Positions 20,112 to 30,866 are shown, counted from the first letter of the stretch. The stretch is DNA of 64,000 nt from Roseiarcus sp. (GCA_050012775.1 JBEKGN010000028.1:559-64558); one strand, 5' to 3'. Made by a program: numbers and translations. Notes: generated from the sequence alone by a model not told the origin.

Positions 20112-20459
20112 GGCGGGATCCGCTACGGAGGTTCGACGTTGTCTGGTCGGCAGGCGCCAACCAAGGTCGGATATTGGACAGCGCCCCTTAAGCCATTGCT
20201 TAATGGCATCCAGGAGTTGCGGATGAATTCATTGTGAGCTTAATGGGAAGTTAATTCGCTTGTCCGCGACGATTCGCGACCATTTTGGAGCGACATCGCC
20301 CTGACGCGGCGATCCGCTCCAGACATATTTATCTATTTTCTCGCAGGCGCCTCGCAGCCCAGGCGCGCGCTTCCTCCGACGGCCCTCCCGGGCCTGGCCG
20401 CCTCATTTGGCTTGGCGCGCTCGGTCGGGCTATGGTGCGCGCGATCCTGGAGACGCTTG

Positions 20460-21218
20460 ATGTCGACCGCCGCCCCTCATACGCATTTCGGCGAACGAAC
20501 GGTTCGCCTCGACGAGAAGCAGGGCCTCGTCGACGACGTCTTTCATAAGGTCGCGGACCGCTACGATCTGATGAACGATCTCATGTCCTTCGGCCTGCAT
20601 CGCATCTGGAAGGACATTCTCGTCGCCAAGCTGCGACCGCCGCGCCATCGCCCGTTCCTGCATCTCGACGTGGCGGGAGGCACCGGCGACGTCGCATTCC
20701 GCGTCGCGGCGGCGGGCGGCGAGGCCACCCGAGTGACCGTCGTCGACGTCAACGCCGACATGCTGCGCGTCGGCGCGGAGCGGGCACAAAAACGAAAGGA
20801 AGGCAAACGGATAAGTTTCGTCGAGGGCAACGCCGAGGCGCTGCCGCTGCCCGACGCGACTTTCGACGCCTATACGATCGCCTTTGGCATTCGCAACGTC
20901 CCGCGCATGGAGCGCGCCCTCAGCGAGGCCTATCGCGTCCTCAAGCGCGGCGGGCGGTTTCTGTGCCTCGAATTCTCGCGCGTTGATCTGCCGATTCTCG
21001 ACCAAATCTATGCGGCCTATTCCGACGCCGCGATTCCCGCGCTCGGCAAGGTGGTCGCCGGCGACGGCCCCGCCTATCGCTATCTCGTTGAATCGATCCG
21101 CAAATTCCCGCCACCCGACCGCTTCGCCGACATGATCCGCGAAGCCGGGTTCTCGCGCGTCGAATTCACCCGGCTGACGGGCGGCGTCGTCGCGATCCAT
21201 TCGGGCTGGAAACTCTGA
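20460..21218 (+). CDS. ubiE: ubiquinone/menaquinone C-methyltransferase UbiE
   Basis: Internal Met start [32 protein letters not shown] and the SAM motif LDVAGGTGD. Confidence 0.9.
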   Translation: MSTAAPHTHFGERTVRLDEKQGLVDDVFHKVADRYDLMNDLMSFGLHRIWKDILVAKLRPPRHRPFLHLDVAGGTGDVAFRVAAAGGEATRVTVVDVNADMLRVGAERAQKRKEGKRISFVEGNAEALPLPDATFDAYTIAFGIRNVPRMERALSEAYRVLKRGGRFLCLEFSRVDLPILDQIYAAYSDAAIPALGKVVAGDGPAYRYLVESIRKFPPPDRFADMIREAGFSRVEFTRLTGGVVAIHSGWKL

Positions 21219-21220
21219 AC

Positions 21221-22771
21221 TTGTCGCGTTTGGCCGCCATCGGACACGCATCGCGGCTGGCGCGCGCCGGCTTCGTGCTGGCGCGCGAAGGCGCCTTCGT
21301 CGGCGTCGATCCGTTGTCGCTGCCGCCGCTCGCCAGGGCGCCGCTGGCGCTCGCCAATCTGCTGGCGCGGCGCGGCGCGCAGGGCCTCAGCGGCCTTTCC
21401 GCCGCGATCGATCGTCTCGGCCCCTCCTATGTCAAGCTCGGACAGTTTCTCGCCACCCGCCCCGACATCGTCGGCCCCAAGGTCGTGCTGGAGCTCGAAA
21501 GGTTGCAGGACCGCATGACGCCGGCGGACCGCGCGGTCGCGGTCGCGACGGTCGAGGCGGCCTTCGGGGCCAAGATCGATAGCGTCTTCGTCGAATTCGG
21601 CGACGCGGTCGCAGCCGCTTCGATCGCGCAGGTGCACCGCGCGCGCGTGCGGACGAGCGAGGGCGAGCGCGACGTCGCGGTCAAGCTGTTGCGCCCCGGC
21701 GTCGAGCGGCGCTTCACGCGCGATCTCTCGGATATGTTTTTCGCCGCCCGCAGCGCCGAACGCTTCGAGCCGAGCCTGCGTCGCCTGCGCCTGGTGGATG
21801 TCGTCGACGCGCTCGCGCGAAGCGTCCGCATGGAAATGGACTTTCGCCTCGAAGCGGCGGCGGCGTCCGAATTCGGCGAAAACCTGATCCATGACCCCGA
21901 ATTCCGCGCCCCTAAGATCGATTGGGACCGCACGACGCGCGAAGTTCTGACCATGGAATGGATCGACGGAACGCCGCTCGGCGACACTGCGCGTCTGGCC
22001 GAGCTCGGCTTCGACGCGCCCAAGCTCGGGCGGACGCTGGTCCAGTCCTTTCTCCGCCACGCCTTGCACGACGGCTTCTTTCACGCCGACATGCATCAGG
22101 GCAATTTGCTCGTCGACGACCAAGGGCGCATCGTCGCCGTCGATTTCGGCATCATGGGCCGCCTCGGCCGCAAGGAACGACGTTTCCTGGCCGAGATTCT
22201 GTACGGCTTCATCCGGCGCGACTATCTTCGCGTCGCCGAGGTGCATTTCGAGGCGGGCTACGTGCCCCCCATTCACCGCGTCGAGGATTTCGCGCAGGCC
22301 GTGCGCGCGATCGGCGAGCCCATCCATGCGCGCACCGCCGACCAGATTTCGATGGCCAAGCTGCTGACCCTCCTGTTCGAGGTCACCGCGCTGTTCGACA
22401 TGACGACGCGCATCGAACTCGTGATGCTGCAAAAGACCATGGTCGTGGTCGAAGGCGTCGCGCGCAAGCTCGACCCGTATCTCGACATGTGGGGAACGGC
22501 GGAGCCGGTCGTCGGCGGCTGGATCGCCGAAAACCTCGGGCCGCGCGGCCGAATCGAAGACCTCGGCCGCAGCGTTTCGCAACTCGCCAAACTCATGGCC
22601 GACGCGCCGCCGCGCCTGGAACGTCTTTCGCGCCTCATCGAGCGCGAAGCCGAGGCCGCGCCCGCCGAGGCGTCGAGCGCGCCCGCCTCGGGACGATGGC
22701 CGTCGACGGTCACGACATCGCTATGGGTCATCGCGGCGGCGCTCGTTTGGATCGCGTTTCACCTAAGGTGA
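21221..22771 (+). CDS. ubiB: ubiquinone biosynthesis protein kinase-like UbiB
   Basis: 516 aa, TTG start. ABC1/UbiB blocks GPSYVKLGQFLATRPD, AAASIAQVHRA and FFHADMHQGNL, plus a C-terminal TM. Immediately follows ubiE. Confidence 0.9.
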   Translation: MSRLAAIGHASRLARAGFVLAREGAFVGVDPLSLPPLARAPLALANLLARRGAQGLSGLSAAIDRLGPSYVKLGQFLATRPDIVGPKVVLELERLQDRMTPADRAVAVATVEAAFGAKIDSVFVEFGDAVAAASIAQVHRARVRTSEGERDVAVKLLRPGVERRFTRDLSDMFFAARSAERFEPSLRRLRLVDVVDALARSVRMEMDFRLEAAAASEFGENLIHDPEFRAPKIDWDRTTREVLTMEWIDGTPLGDTARLAELGFDAPKLGRTLVQSFLRHALHDGFFHADMHQGNLLVDDQGRIVAVDFGIMGRLGRKERRFLAEILYGFIRRDYLRVAEVHFEAGYVPPIHRVEDFAQAVRAIGEPIHARTADQISMAKLLTLLFEVTALFDMTTRIELVMLQKTMVVVEGVARKLDPYLDMWGTAEPVVGGWIAENLGPRGRIEDLGRSVSQLAKLMADAPPRLERLSRLIEREAEAAPAEASSAPASGRWPSTVTTSLWVIAAALVWIAFHLR

Positions 22772-22925
22772 GCCGGCGACAAAAAGAGAATTTTACGCAG
22801 ATAGTTCCCGTGGAGCTTACTTTCGACGTTGCAGTCCCGTTGTTACTGACCCTATGCTGCAACCTTTGGCGCATGCGAGCCCGAGCGAATTATCGGCGCT
22901 CGACGCCACCACGGCGTAAGCGATC

Positions 22926-24185
22926 ATGACCGCGAAACCTCTGTCGGGCGCCCGCATTCTCCTAATCGTCGGGGGCGGCGTTTCGGCCTATAAATCGCTC
23001 GAACTGATCCGCCGGCTGCGCGAGCGCGGCGCTGTCGCGCGCGTCGTCATGACCGAGGCGGCCAAGCAATTCATCGCGCCGCTCTCGGCCGCCGCGCTCA
23101 GCGGCCACCCGGTTCGCTTCGATCAATTCAGCTTGATCGACGAAGCCGAGATGGGCCACATCGAATTGTCGCGCGAAGCCGATCTGATCGTGGTCGCGCC
23201 GGCGACGGCGGATCTGCTGGCGCGAATGGCGCATGGCCTCGCCAACGATCTCGCCTCCACTACGCTTCTGGCCACCGACAAACGCGTGCTCGCCGCGCCG
23301 GCGATGAACGTTCGCATGTGGCTGCATCCGGCGACCCGCCGCAATGTCGCCGCGCTGCGCGGCGACGGCGTGATTTTCGTCGGCCCGGACGACGGCGAGA
23401 TGGCGTGCGGCGAATTCGGGCCGGGTCGCATGGCCGAACCCCTGGCGATCGTCGCGGCGATCGAGCGCGCGCTCGAAGAGCCGACCGCGATCCCCCTGCC
23501 GCCCGGCGTCGGCGCGCGCGGCGACGGCGCGCTCGCGGGCAAGCGCGTCATCGTGACGTCCGGCCCGACCTACGAGCCGATCGATCCGGTTCGCTTCATC
23601 GGCAATCGCTCCTCGGGGCTTCAGGGGCATGCGATCGCGCTGGCGGCCTATCGCGCCGGCGCGAAGGTGACGTTGATCAGCGGCCCCGTCGGCCTCGCCG
23701 ATCCCCCCGGCGTCGACGTCGTCCACGTCGAGACGGCGCGGCAAATGCACGCGGCCGTGCTGGCCTGCTTGCCCGCGGACGTCTTTGTCGCGGCCGCGGC
23801 CGTCGCGGATTGGCGCGTCGAGGCCATCGGCGCCCATAAGCTGAAAAAGGGCGCCGCCGGCGCGCCGGTCCTGTCGTTGATCGAGAACCCGGACATTCTC
23901 GCGGACATCGCGACGAGGACGGCCGACCGCCCGGCGCTCGTCATCGGATTCGCCGCGGAAACCGAGCGGGTCGTGGACAACGCGCGGGACAAGCTGAAAC
24001 GCAAGGGCTGCGACCTGATCGTCGCCAACAGCGTCGCCGAAGGCGAAGGGACTTTCGGCGGCCTCGACAATCAGGTCGCGATCGTCAGCGCCGCAGGCGT
24101 GGAGCCTTGGCCGCGCATGAGCAAGCAAGAGGTCGCGCTGGGTTTGATCGATCTCATTGCGCGCATGATGAAAGACAAGAAATGA
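22926..24185 (+). CDS. coaBC: bifunctional phosphopantothenoylcysteine decarboxylase / phosphopantothenate-cysteine ligase
   Basis: 419 aa. Flavoprotein domain ([23 protein letters not shown]) and a CoaB domain ([22 protein letters not shown]). Confidence 0.95.
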   Translation: MTAKPLSGARILLIVGGGVSAYKSLELIRRLRERGAVARVVMTEAAKQFIAPLSAAALSGHPVRFDQFSLIDEAEMGHIELSREADLIVVAPATADLLARMAHGLANDLASTTLLATDKRVLAAPAMNVRMWLHPATRRNVAALRGDGVIFVGPDDGEMACGEFGPGRMAEPLAIVAAIERALEEPTAIPLPPGVGARGDGALAGKRVIVTSGPTYEPIDPVRFIGNRSSGLQGHAIALAAYRAGAKVTLISGPVGLADPPGVDVVHVETARQMHAAVLACLPADVFVAAAAVADWRVEAIGAHKLKKGAAGAPVLSLIENPDILADIATRTADRPALVIGFAAETERVVDNARDKLKRKGCDLIVANSVAEGEGTFGGLDNQVAIVSAAGVEPWPRMSKQEVALGLIDLIARMMKDKK

Positions 24186-24646
24186 TCGATGTTGGGTTTC
24201 AGCGATTTCCACATTCGCAGGACTTGCAATTGCCCCAGTATCAGAGCGATGATGCGGCCGGGATGGATCTCGTGGCCGCCCTTCCGGAAGGGCGGGAGGT
24301 GATTCTGAATCCCGGCGAGCGGGCGTTGATCCCGACGGGTTTGGCGATCGAATTGCCTAGGGGTTACGAGGCGCAGATTCGGCCTCGCTCGGGGCTGGCG
24401 CTGAAAGACGGGGTGACCGTTCTGAACAGCCCCGGGACGATCGACGCGGACTATCGCGGCGAGATCGGCGTCATACTAATCAATTTTGGTCGGAGTCCCT
24501 TTTCTATTCGGCGAGGCGCACGGATCGCGCAGCTCGTCGTATGTTCCGTCGAGCGCGTTGCTTTCATTAAAAGCGAACGGCTCACAGCGAGCGAGCGCGG
24601 TCCAAGAGGTTTTGGTTCGACCGGGCGCTCAGACGAGGAGAAATAA
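24182..24646 (+). CDS. dut: dUTP diphosphatase
   Basis: The start forms an ATGA overlap with the coaBC stop. [14 protein letters not shown] and [17 protein letters not shown] motifs. Confidence 0.93.
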   Translation: MIDVGFQRFPHSQDLQLPQYQSDDAAGMDLVAALPEGREVILNPGERALIPTGLAIELPRGYEAQIRPRSGLALKDGVTVLNSPGTIDADYRGEIGVILINFGRSPFSIRRGARIAQLVVCSVERVAFIKSERLTASERGPRGFGSTGRSDEEK

Positions 24647-24647
24647 A

Positions 24648-25100
24648 ATGAACTTGCTGTCGCGACGCAGCCTGCTCGCCATCGCCGCCGTTGTCGACAT
24701 CGCCCTGCATTCGCGGCCATCGCCGGTCGCGGCCAAGGCGCTCGCCTCGCGGCACAAATTGCCGCCTCGGCACTTGGAGACCCTGTTGCAGGGCCTCGTT
24801 CACGCCAAGATCCTCAAGGGCGTGCGCGGACCTCGCGGCGGCTACGAACTGGCGCGCGAGCGCCGCAGAATTTCCGTCGGCGAAATCGTGCGCACCTCGA
24901 TGAGCTTGAGCACCGCCGACCCCGACGATATCGGATCGCGATCCAAGCTCCTGGAGAAGGTTATCGAACCGAGCGTGCGCAAGGCCGGCGAGTCGTTCCT
25001 GGCCAATCTGGACGCCATCACCGTCGAGCAACTCTGCGAAGAGGCCGAGAAGGCGCATATCCTCGCGGAGGAGAAAGCCAGCGGGGATTTCGCGATCTAA
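24648..25100 (+). CDS. Rrf2-family transcriptional regulator lacking the Fe-S Cys triad
   Basis: Start at MNLLSRRSLLAIAAVVDIAL, 1 nt after the dut stop. wHTH with the GVRGPRGGYELAR wing. Only one Cys in the whole protein. Confidence 0.85.
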   Translation: MNLLSRRSLLAIAAVVDIALHSRPSPVAAKALASRHKLPPRHLETLLQGLVHAKILKGVRGPRGGYELARERRRISVGEIVRTSMSLSTADPDDIGSRSKLLEKVIEPSVRKAGESFLANLDAITVEQLCEEAEKAHILAEEKASGDFAI

Positions 25101-25125
25101 TGTCGTATATTAAAATGTTGTATAT
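25101..25125 (+). promoter_or_regulatory. AT-rich direct repeat TGTCGTATAT / TGTTGTATAT between rrf2 and cysK (candidate operator/promoter)
   Basis: Two 10-nt copies (9/10 identical) with 15-bp periodicity, directly after the rrf2 stop and 64 nt before the cysK ATG. Confidence 0.3.
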
Positions 25126-25188
25126 GATCGCGCCGTCAAAAAGTGTAATCTGACGGAGGAGCGCGCCGCGCCTGGCGTCGGCGGCGGC

Positions 25189-26193
25189 ATGGAGGCTGAA
25201 TTGATGGCTGGGACCGGTAAAGACCCGACGCGCGACGATTCGCGTCCGCGCGGCCGAGGGCGAGTGTACGCATCGATCACCGAAACGATCGGCGATACGC
25301 CGCTTGTCCGCATCGACCGCATCGCCAGGGAAAAGGGCGTGCGCGCCAACCTTCTCGCGAAGCTCGAATTCTTCAATCCGATCGGAAGCGTCAAGGACCG
25401 CATCGGCGTCGCGATGATCGACGCTCTGGAAGCGCAGGGACGGATCGCGCCGGGCCGCGGCGTCCTCGTCGAGCCGACCTCGGGAAACACCGGCATCGCG
25501 CTGGCGTTCGTCGCCGCGGCGCGCGGATACAAGCTCATCCTGGTGATGCCCGAATCGATGTCGGTCGAGCGGCGCAAGATGCTCGCGCTGCTGGGCGCCG
25601 AACTGGTCTTGACGCCCGCCGCTCTGGGCATGAAGGGCGCGATCGCCAAAGCCAATGACATCGTCGCGGCGACGCCCGGCGCGATCATGCCCCAGCAGTT
25701 CGAGAACCCCGCCAATCCCGAAATCCATCGGCGCACCACCGCCGAAGAAATTTGGAACGACACCGCCGGCGCGGTCGACATCGTGGTTTCCGGCGTCGGC
25801 ACCGGCGGCACGCTCACCGGCGTCGGCCAGGTGCTCAAAGCGCGCAAGCCGAGCGTCAAGATGGTCGCGGTCGAGCCCGAGGATTCCCCGGTGCTGTCGG
25901 GCGGCGCGCCTGGCCCGCACAAGATTCAAGGCATCGGCGCGGGCTTTGCGCCGGCGATCCTCGATCGCAGCCTCATCGACGAGGTCGTCACCGTCGGCAA
26001 CCAGACGGCGTTCGACACCGCCAGGCTGGTGGCGCGGCTCGAGGGCATTCCTGTCGGGATATCCTCCGGCGCCGCCATCGCGGCGGCGATCGACGTCGCC
26101 CGCCGGCCGGAAAACGACGGCAAGACGATCGTCGTCATCGTGCCGTCCTTCGCCGAACGCTATCTCTCGACGGCGCTGTTCGAGGGCCTGTAA
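25189..26193 (+). CDS. cysK: cysteine synthase A (O-acetylserine sulfhydrylase)
   Basis: 334 aa. [13 protein letters not shown] (PLP Lys), [11 protein letters not shown] and [10 protein letters not shown] blocks. Confidence 0.93.
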   Translation: MEAELMAGTGKDPTRDDSRPRGRGRVYASITETIGDTPLVRIDRIAREKGVRANLLAKLEFFNPIGSVKDRIGVAMIDALEAQGRIAPGRGVLVEPTSGNTGIALAFVAAARGYKLILVMPESMSVERRKMLALLGAELVLTPAALGMKGAIAKANDIVAATPGAIMPQQFENPANPEIHRRTTAEEIWNDTAGAVDIVVSGVGTGGTLTGVGQVLKARKPSVKMVAVEPEDSPVLSGGAPGPHKIQGIGAGFAPAILDRSLIDEVVTVGNQTAFDTARLVARLEGIPVGISSGAAIAAAIDVARRPENDGKTIVVIVPSFAERYLSTALFEGL

Positions 26194-26205
26194 CCCTCGA
26201 GCGCC

Positions 26206-27492
26206 TCAGCCGCGTCCCGGCGCGCGCAAAATCCCGCGCGTCAGCGAGCCGGTCGTCGGATAGAGCGGGACGAGACACGCCTGCAGGGCGTGATAGAGGT
26301 CCGGCTTGCCGACGAAATAGCCGGGGATCGGGCGCAGCGAATCGTCGAGCTGCATGCGCCAGCCGCCTTCGCGCCGATCGATGAAGCGGCGCGCGCAGAA
26401 GCCCCAGATGCGTCGATACCAGGCCTCATAGAGCGCCTCGCCGTCGAGCGCGCCCAGAAACGTCGCCGCGCCGACGCCCTCGCAGCAAGGCCACCACAGC
26501 CGATCGCGCACGCGCGGCGCGCCGCTCCATTCGAGCGTGTAGTAGAAGCCGCCGCGCGGCGCGTCCCAGCCCTCCCCGACCGCCCGCGCGAACAGCGCGC
26601 GCGCCGCGCCGGGCAGCCAGGCGATTCTGCGCCCGCCGAGTTCCCACAGCTGCAGCGCCAGACGCGCCCATTCCAGAGCGTGCCCCGGTGTGACGCCATA
26701 GGGGCGAAACGTGTCCGAACCCTTGTATTCGCGATCGACCGTCCAATCGGCCGAATAATGCTCCGGCACGCGCCAATCCGCCGCGGCGGCGTTTCGCCGC
26801 AAGATGAGATCGGCGACGCTCTCGGCCTTATCGAGAAAGCCGCGCTCGCCGGTCGCCTCGAACGCCGCCATCAACGCCTCGGTCAAATGCATGTTGGAAT
26901 TCTGTCCGCGATAGGCGCTGAACGGCGACCAGTCCTCGGTGAATTCTTCCGCGCTGGCGCCGTATTTGGGCTCCCAGAAACGCGTCTCGAGAACCTCGGC
27001 GACGTCGCTCAACAGAGCGTCGGCGTCGGGATGGCCGGCGCATTTGGCGCTCGCGGCGGCGAGCAGCACGAAAGCGTGGCCGTAGGCGAGCTTGTCGCGC
27101 TCGCGCGGCCCCTCGTCGTCGAAGGACCAGAAATAGCCGCCGTGGCGGGGATCGCGGTGGCGCGCCTTGATCGCTTCCATGCCGTGATCGACGATGTCGG
27201 CGGCGCCGGGACGCCCGAGGAGATGCGCGATCGCGAAACAATGCACCATGCGCGTCGTCGCATGCAACGGACGGACCGTCTCGGACGCCATCGCGCGGCC
27301 GGACTCGTCGAGCGTCGCGAAGCCGCCGGCGGGACGAATCAGATCCACTTCATAAAAGGCGAAGAGGGCGTCGGCCTCGGCGGCGAGCCAGCGCCGGTGG
27401 CCGTTCGCCTCCCGCCAGACGGATTTCGCATCGTGGGATTCGGGCATGATTCCCGGTTCTCCGGCCATCGGAGCCGACGGCCGGTCAGGCAT
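26206..27492 (-). CDS. AGE-family epimerase/isomerase (N-acylglucosamine 2-epimerase-like)
   Basis: 428-aa ORF with alpha/alpha-toroid-type repeated W/H/E blocks (HATTRMVHCFA, YGHAFVLLAAA, GHALEWARL). Confidence 0.75.
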   Translation of the reverse strand: MPDRPSAPMAGEPGIMPESHDAKSVWREANGHRRWLAAEADALFAFYEVDLIRPAGGFATLDESGRAMASETVRPLHATTRMVHCFAIAHLLGRPGAADIVDHGMEAIKARHRDPRHGGYFWSFDDEGPRERDKLAYGHAFVLLAAASAKCAGHPDADALLSDVAEVLETRFWEPKYGASAEEFTEDWSPFSAYRGQNSNMHLTEALMAAFEATGERGFLDKAESVADLILRRNAAAADWRVPEHYSADWTVDREYKGSDTFRPYGVTPGHALEWARLALQLWELGGRRIAWLPGAARALFARAVGEGWDAPRGGFYYTLEWSGAPRVRDRLWWPCCEGVGAATFLGALDGEALYEAWYRRIWGFCARRFIDRREGGWRMQLDDSLRPIPGYFVGKPDLYHALQACLVPLYPTTGSLTRGILRAPGRG

Positions 27493-27538
27493 AGCAAAGA
27501 ATCTGGCGCGGCGCCCAGCAAGCTGGCATAAGGCGGCG

Positions 27539-28738
27539 ATGACGCAGATGGAAACCCTTGCGCCGCGGCAGGCGAGCGCGCCGCTCGGCGCCGACGACGC
27601 CGGTTTTGGCGTTTACGTGCATTGGCCGTTCTGTCTGGCCAAATGCCCGTATTGCGATTTCAACTCCCATGTGCGCGCCGCGCCGATCGACGAAGAGCGC
27701 TTCGTTTCCGCTCTGCGCGCCGAACTCGCCCATCGCGCGGCGGCGACGCCCGGCCGTGTGGTGCGCTCGGTCTTTTTCGGCGGCGGCACGCCCTCGCTGA
27801 TGCGTCCGCAGGCGGTGCAGAGCGTCATCGACGCGATCGCGGCGAACTGGAGCGTCGAGCCCGACGCGGAGATCACGCTGGAGGCCAATCCGACCAGCGT
27901 CGAGGCCGGGCGCTTCCGCGGCTATCGCGCCGCAGGGGTCAACCGCCTGTCGATCGGCGTGCAGGCGCTCGACGACGCGGACCTGAAGGCGCTCGGCCGG
28001 CGCCACGACGTCGCCGAAGCGGTCGAGGCGGTCAGGACCGCCGCGTCGATCTTCCCGCGCTATTCCTTCGATTTGATCTATGCGCGGCCCGGCCAGAGCG
28101 AAAGCGCCTGGCGCGCCGAATTGGCCGAAGCGATGAAAATGGCGGGCGAGCATCTCTCCCTCTACCAGCTCACCATCGAGCCGGACACGATCTTCGAGCG
28201 GTTGTGGCGCGCCGGCAAGCTCGCCACGCCCGACGAAGAGCTGGCGCGCGCCCTGTTCGACGCGACGCAGGAGATCGCCGAGGCGAACGGCCTTCCCGCC
28301 TACGAAGTCTCCAACCACGCGCGGCCCGGCGCCGAGAGCCGGCACAATCTCGTCTATTGGCGCTACGGCGAATACGTCGGGGTCGGCCCCGGCGCGCACG
28401 GCCGTCTCATCACGCCCGAGGGCCGCCGCGCCCAGGCGACGGAGAAGCATCCCGAGATGTGGCTCACCCAGGTCGAAAGCGAGGGCCACGGGCTGATCGA
28501 GAACGCGCCGCTGAGCGCCGAGGAGCAGGGCGACGAATTCCTGCTGATGGGCCTGCGCCTGCGCGAAGGGATCGACCGCGCGCGCTTCGAAGCTTTGAGC
28601 GGGCGCCCGCTCCTGCAGCGTCAGATCGACGATCTCGCCGCCGAGGGCTTTGTCGAAGAGGACGCGACCGGGCGAATTCGGGTGACGCACACGGGGATGC
28701 CGCTGCTCGATTCGATCGTCGCGGACCTCGCGGCCTGA
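27539..28738 (+). CDS. hemW: radical SAM heme chaperone HemW (HemN-like, oxygen-independent coproporphyrinogen oxidase family)
   Basis: Start at MTQMETLAP. YVHWPFCLAKCPYCDFNS radical-SAM CxxxCxxC motif, FFGGGTPS and a HemN_C-like tail. Confidence 0.9.
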   Translation: MTQMETLAPRQASAPLGADDAGFGVYVHWPFCLAKCPYCDFNSHVRAAPIDEERFVSALRAELAHRAAATPGRVVRSVFFGGGTPSLMRPQAVQSVIDAIAANWSVEPDAEITLEANPTSVEAGRFRGYRAAGVNRLSIGVQALDDADLKALGRRHDVAEAVEAVRTAASIFPRYSFDLIYARPGQSESAWRAELAEAMKMAGEHLSLYQLTIEPDTIFERLWRAGKLATPDEELARALFDATQEIAEANGLPAYEVSNHARPGAESRHNLVYWRYGEYVGVGPGAHGRLITPEGRRAQATEKHPEMWLTQVESEGHGLIENAPLSAEEQGDEFLLMGLRLREGIDRARFEALSGRPLLQRQIDDLAAEGFVEEDATGRIRVTHTGMPLLDSIVADLAA

Positions 28739-29110
28739 GCGGCGCGGCCGAATGAACGTCGGCGCGCGCGGCCGCATCTCAGCATAAACTTCCGCTCTCG
28801 ACCGAGGTTGTGAAAAAAAACGACTTTGCGGCCTTCGGTCTTTCTCGGCCAATCGTCCCCTGGCCGGTCTCCTGAAGCCAACCTAACTCTATCACAACAC
28901 AGCGTTTTTACACAGCCTGGACCCTTTGCGGTCTGTCAAATGCGCATCATCTCGTCCCGCGCCGGCCGCTCCTCCAACTGCGCCGCCCGCGCTGGCCCAC
29001 GAGCCGCCCATGCGCTAGCATCTGTCTTCGCCCAATCCGTGGGGGCTGATCAAATCGCTAAGACAGTGAAGTGGCCTTAGGCCGGACGGACGAGCTATCC
29101 GCGCATTGCA

Positions 29111-29380
29111 ATGGAGGCGGCGATGTCGAGTAGCTCCCCGATTTTTTGTGGCAGATGCCTCGCGCCAGTGAAACTCACGATAGACGCTTCATGGGTTTCG
29201 GTCATTGTCTGCCCTTCGTGTGGGCAGACGGACACGTTCAGCAACGCGTTCAAAGAAGCCGACGAATATGCCGCCGCATATTTTCGGGGAGAGATTACCA
29301 ATGAAAGAGGGCAAGCGCTCCAAAACAATCCGCTACGCCGCTTTCGCTTTGTTCCTCGCTATCTAGTGGACAAAAACTGA
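29111..29380 (+). CDS. hypothetical zinc-ribbon protein (orphan)
   Basis: 89-aa ORF with two CxxC pairs (CGRC ... CPSC) in a visibly AT-richer, otherwise non-coding stretch. No recognisable family and a weak RBS. Confidence 0.35.
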   Translation: MEAAMSSSSPIFCGRCLAPVKLTIDASWVSVIVCPSCGQTDTFSNAFKEADEYAAAYFRGEITNERGQALQNNPLRRFRFVPRYLVDKN

Positions 29381-29695
29381 CTTTTGAATCCGCCAGGGCT
29401 TCCCACAGAACTCACGATGAGCGAGTCAGGCCGATGCGCAAAGGATTTTTCATTGTTGTCCTCCTACCGTTGAGACCGGAATTCGACCACGAACCTGCCT
29501 CAACACCTTCCTGCACAAAGGCGTCCATCGAAGAATTGCGCGAACGCCCCTCGCCCCCAAAAGGCAGCCAGAGCTTTCGCTTTTTCTCGCGTTTGACGCC
29601 GTTCATTTGTCACGAAGAATTTCCACGGCCGTCTGGGCGGCAAATTTTCTTTCGAGAAACAAGGCTAGGCAACGCACGGCAGATCGGGGACGATC

Positions 29696-30394
29696 ATGAA
29701 AGGCAAAGCGATAGCGGTCACCGGCGGATTTGGCGCTCTCGGCAGAATTGTCGCGGAGGCCGCGGCCAACCGTGGCGCGCTCGTGGCGGCGCTCGATGTC
29801 GCTACGACGCCGCCGGATGGCCTCGCCGAACGGCTCGGAGCTAATGCGCTGTTGCTCGGCGGCGTCGATCTCTCCTCTGCGGACGGTGCGCGCAAGGCCA
29901 TAGCCGACCTCATTGCAAAGTTCGGGCGACTTGACGCGCTTATCAATATTGCCGGCGGCTTCCTTTGGGGAACAGCAGAAGGCGGCGACCCGACAAACTG
30001 GGATCGCCTCTACACGATGAATTTGAAGACCGCCTTGCACGCATCGATGGCGGCGACGCCCCACCTGTTGGAAAGCGGCGCCGGCCGTATCATCAATATT
30101 GGCGCCAACGCCGCAGTGAAGGCGGTTGCCGGAATGGGGGCCTATGCCGCCAGCAAAGCGGCGGTGCATCGACTGACCGAAAGCTTGGCGGACGAATTGA
30201 AGAGCAGAGGCGTCACCGTAAACGCGGTGTTGCCCTCGATCATCGACACGCCCGCCAACAGGGCCGCCATGCCCAATGCTGCGTTCGACCGTTGGGTGGC
30301 TCCGGCCGATCTCGCCGCGGTGATTTTGTTCCTCGCGTCGGACGAAGCCAAAGCCGTCACTGGCGCGTTGATACCTGTCATGGGCGCGGTCTAG
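29696..30394 (+). CDS. SDR-family oxidoreductase
   Basis: 232 aa. VTGGFGALG Rossmann motif, NIAGG, catalytic YAASKAAV. Confidence 0.85.
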   Translation: MKGKAIAVTGGFGALGRIVAEAAANRGALVAALDVATTPPDGLAERLGANALLLGGVDLSSADGARKAIADLIAKFGRLDALINIAGGFLWGTAEGGDPTNWDRLYTMNLKTALHASMAATPHLLESGAGRIINIGANAAVKAVAGMGAYAASKAAVHRLTESLADELKSRGVTVNAVLPSIIDTPANRAAMPNAAFDRWVAPADLAAVILFLASDEAKAVTGALIPVMGAV

Positions 30395-30572
30395 CCCGCT
30401 CGGTCGACGGGCGGTGGTCGGCGGTCGCAGTTCAGCGATCATTCGCAGGATGCCGGCGAAGAGGTTTCTCGGGACGGCGACGCGGGCCGGCAGGTCCATT
30501 GCGAGCCCAAGCGATCTGATGCACTATCACAGCCGTTCCGATCTAGGGTAGCCCGGCGCGAAGGAGGACTCT

Positions 30573-30866
30573 ATGTACGCGGCTATTCGCCAGGGCAAGG
30601 CAAGAGCGGGCATGGCCGAGGAACTGGCGAGCAGGATCAAGGAGGGTGTGATCCCGATCGTCAGCGACGTCCCAGGCTTCATGGCCTACTATGTGGTCTA
30701 TGCGCCAGATGACACGGTGACGGCCATCAGCATCTTCAACAATGTCGAGGCGGCCGAGGAGTCAAACAAGCGCGCGGTTGCGTGGATCGAGCAGAACCTT
30801 GGCCCCCTGCTCATCGGGCCAGTCACGGCGGTGGCGGGGCCGGTCATCGTGCACACTTTGGCATAG
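30573..30866 (+). CDS. ABM/Dabb-like small alpha+beta barrel protein
   Basis: 97-aa ORF with SD GGAGGA upstream. Its size and pattern fit antibiotic-biosynthesis-monooxygenase-like proteins. Confidence 0.55.
   Translation: MYAAIRQGKARAGMAEELASRIKEGVIPIVSDVPGFMAYYVVYAPDDTVTAISIFNNVEAAEESNKRAVAWIEQNLGPLLIGPVTAVAGPVIVHTLA

Noticed and set aside
29412-29606. A 64-aa minus-strand ORF with a Lys-rich N-terminus.
   Set aside because: It has no RBS and no motif. It is short and lies in a region where several equally short ORFs overlap. It cannot be distinguished from chance.
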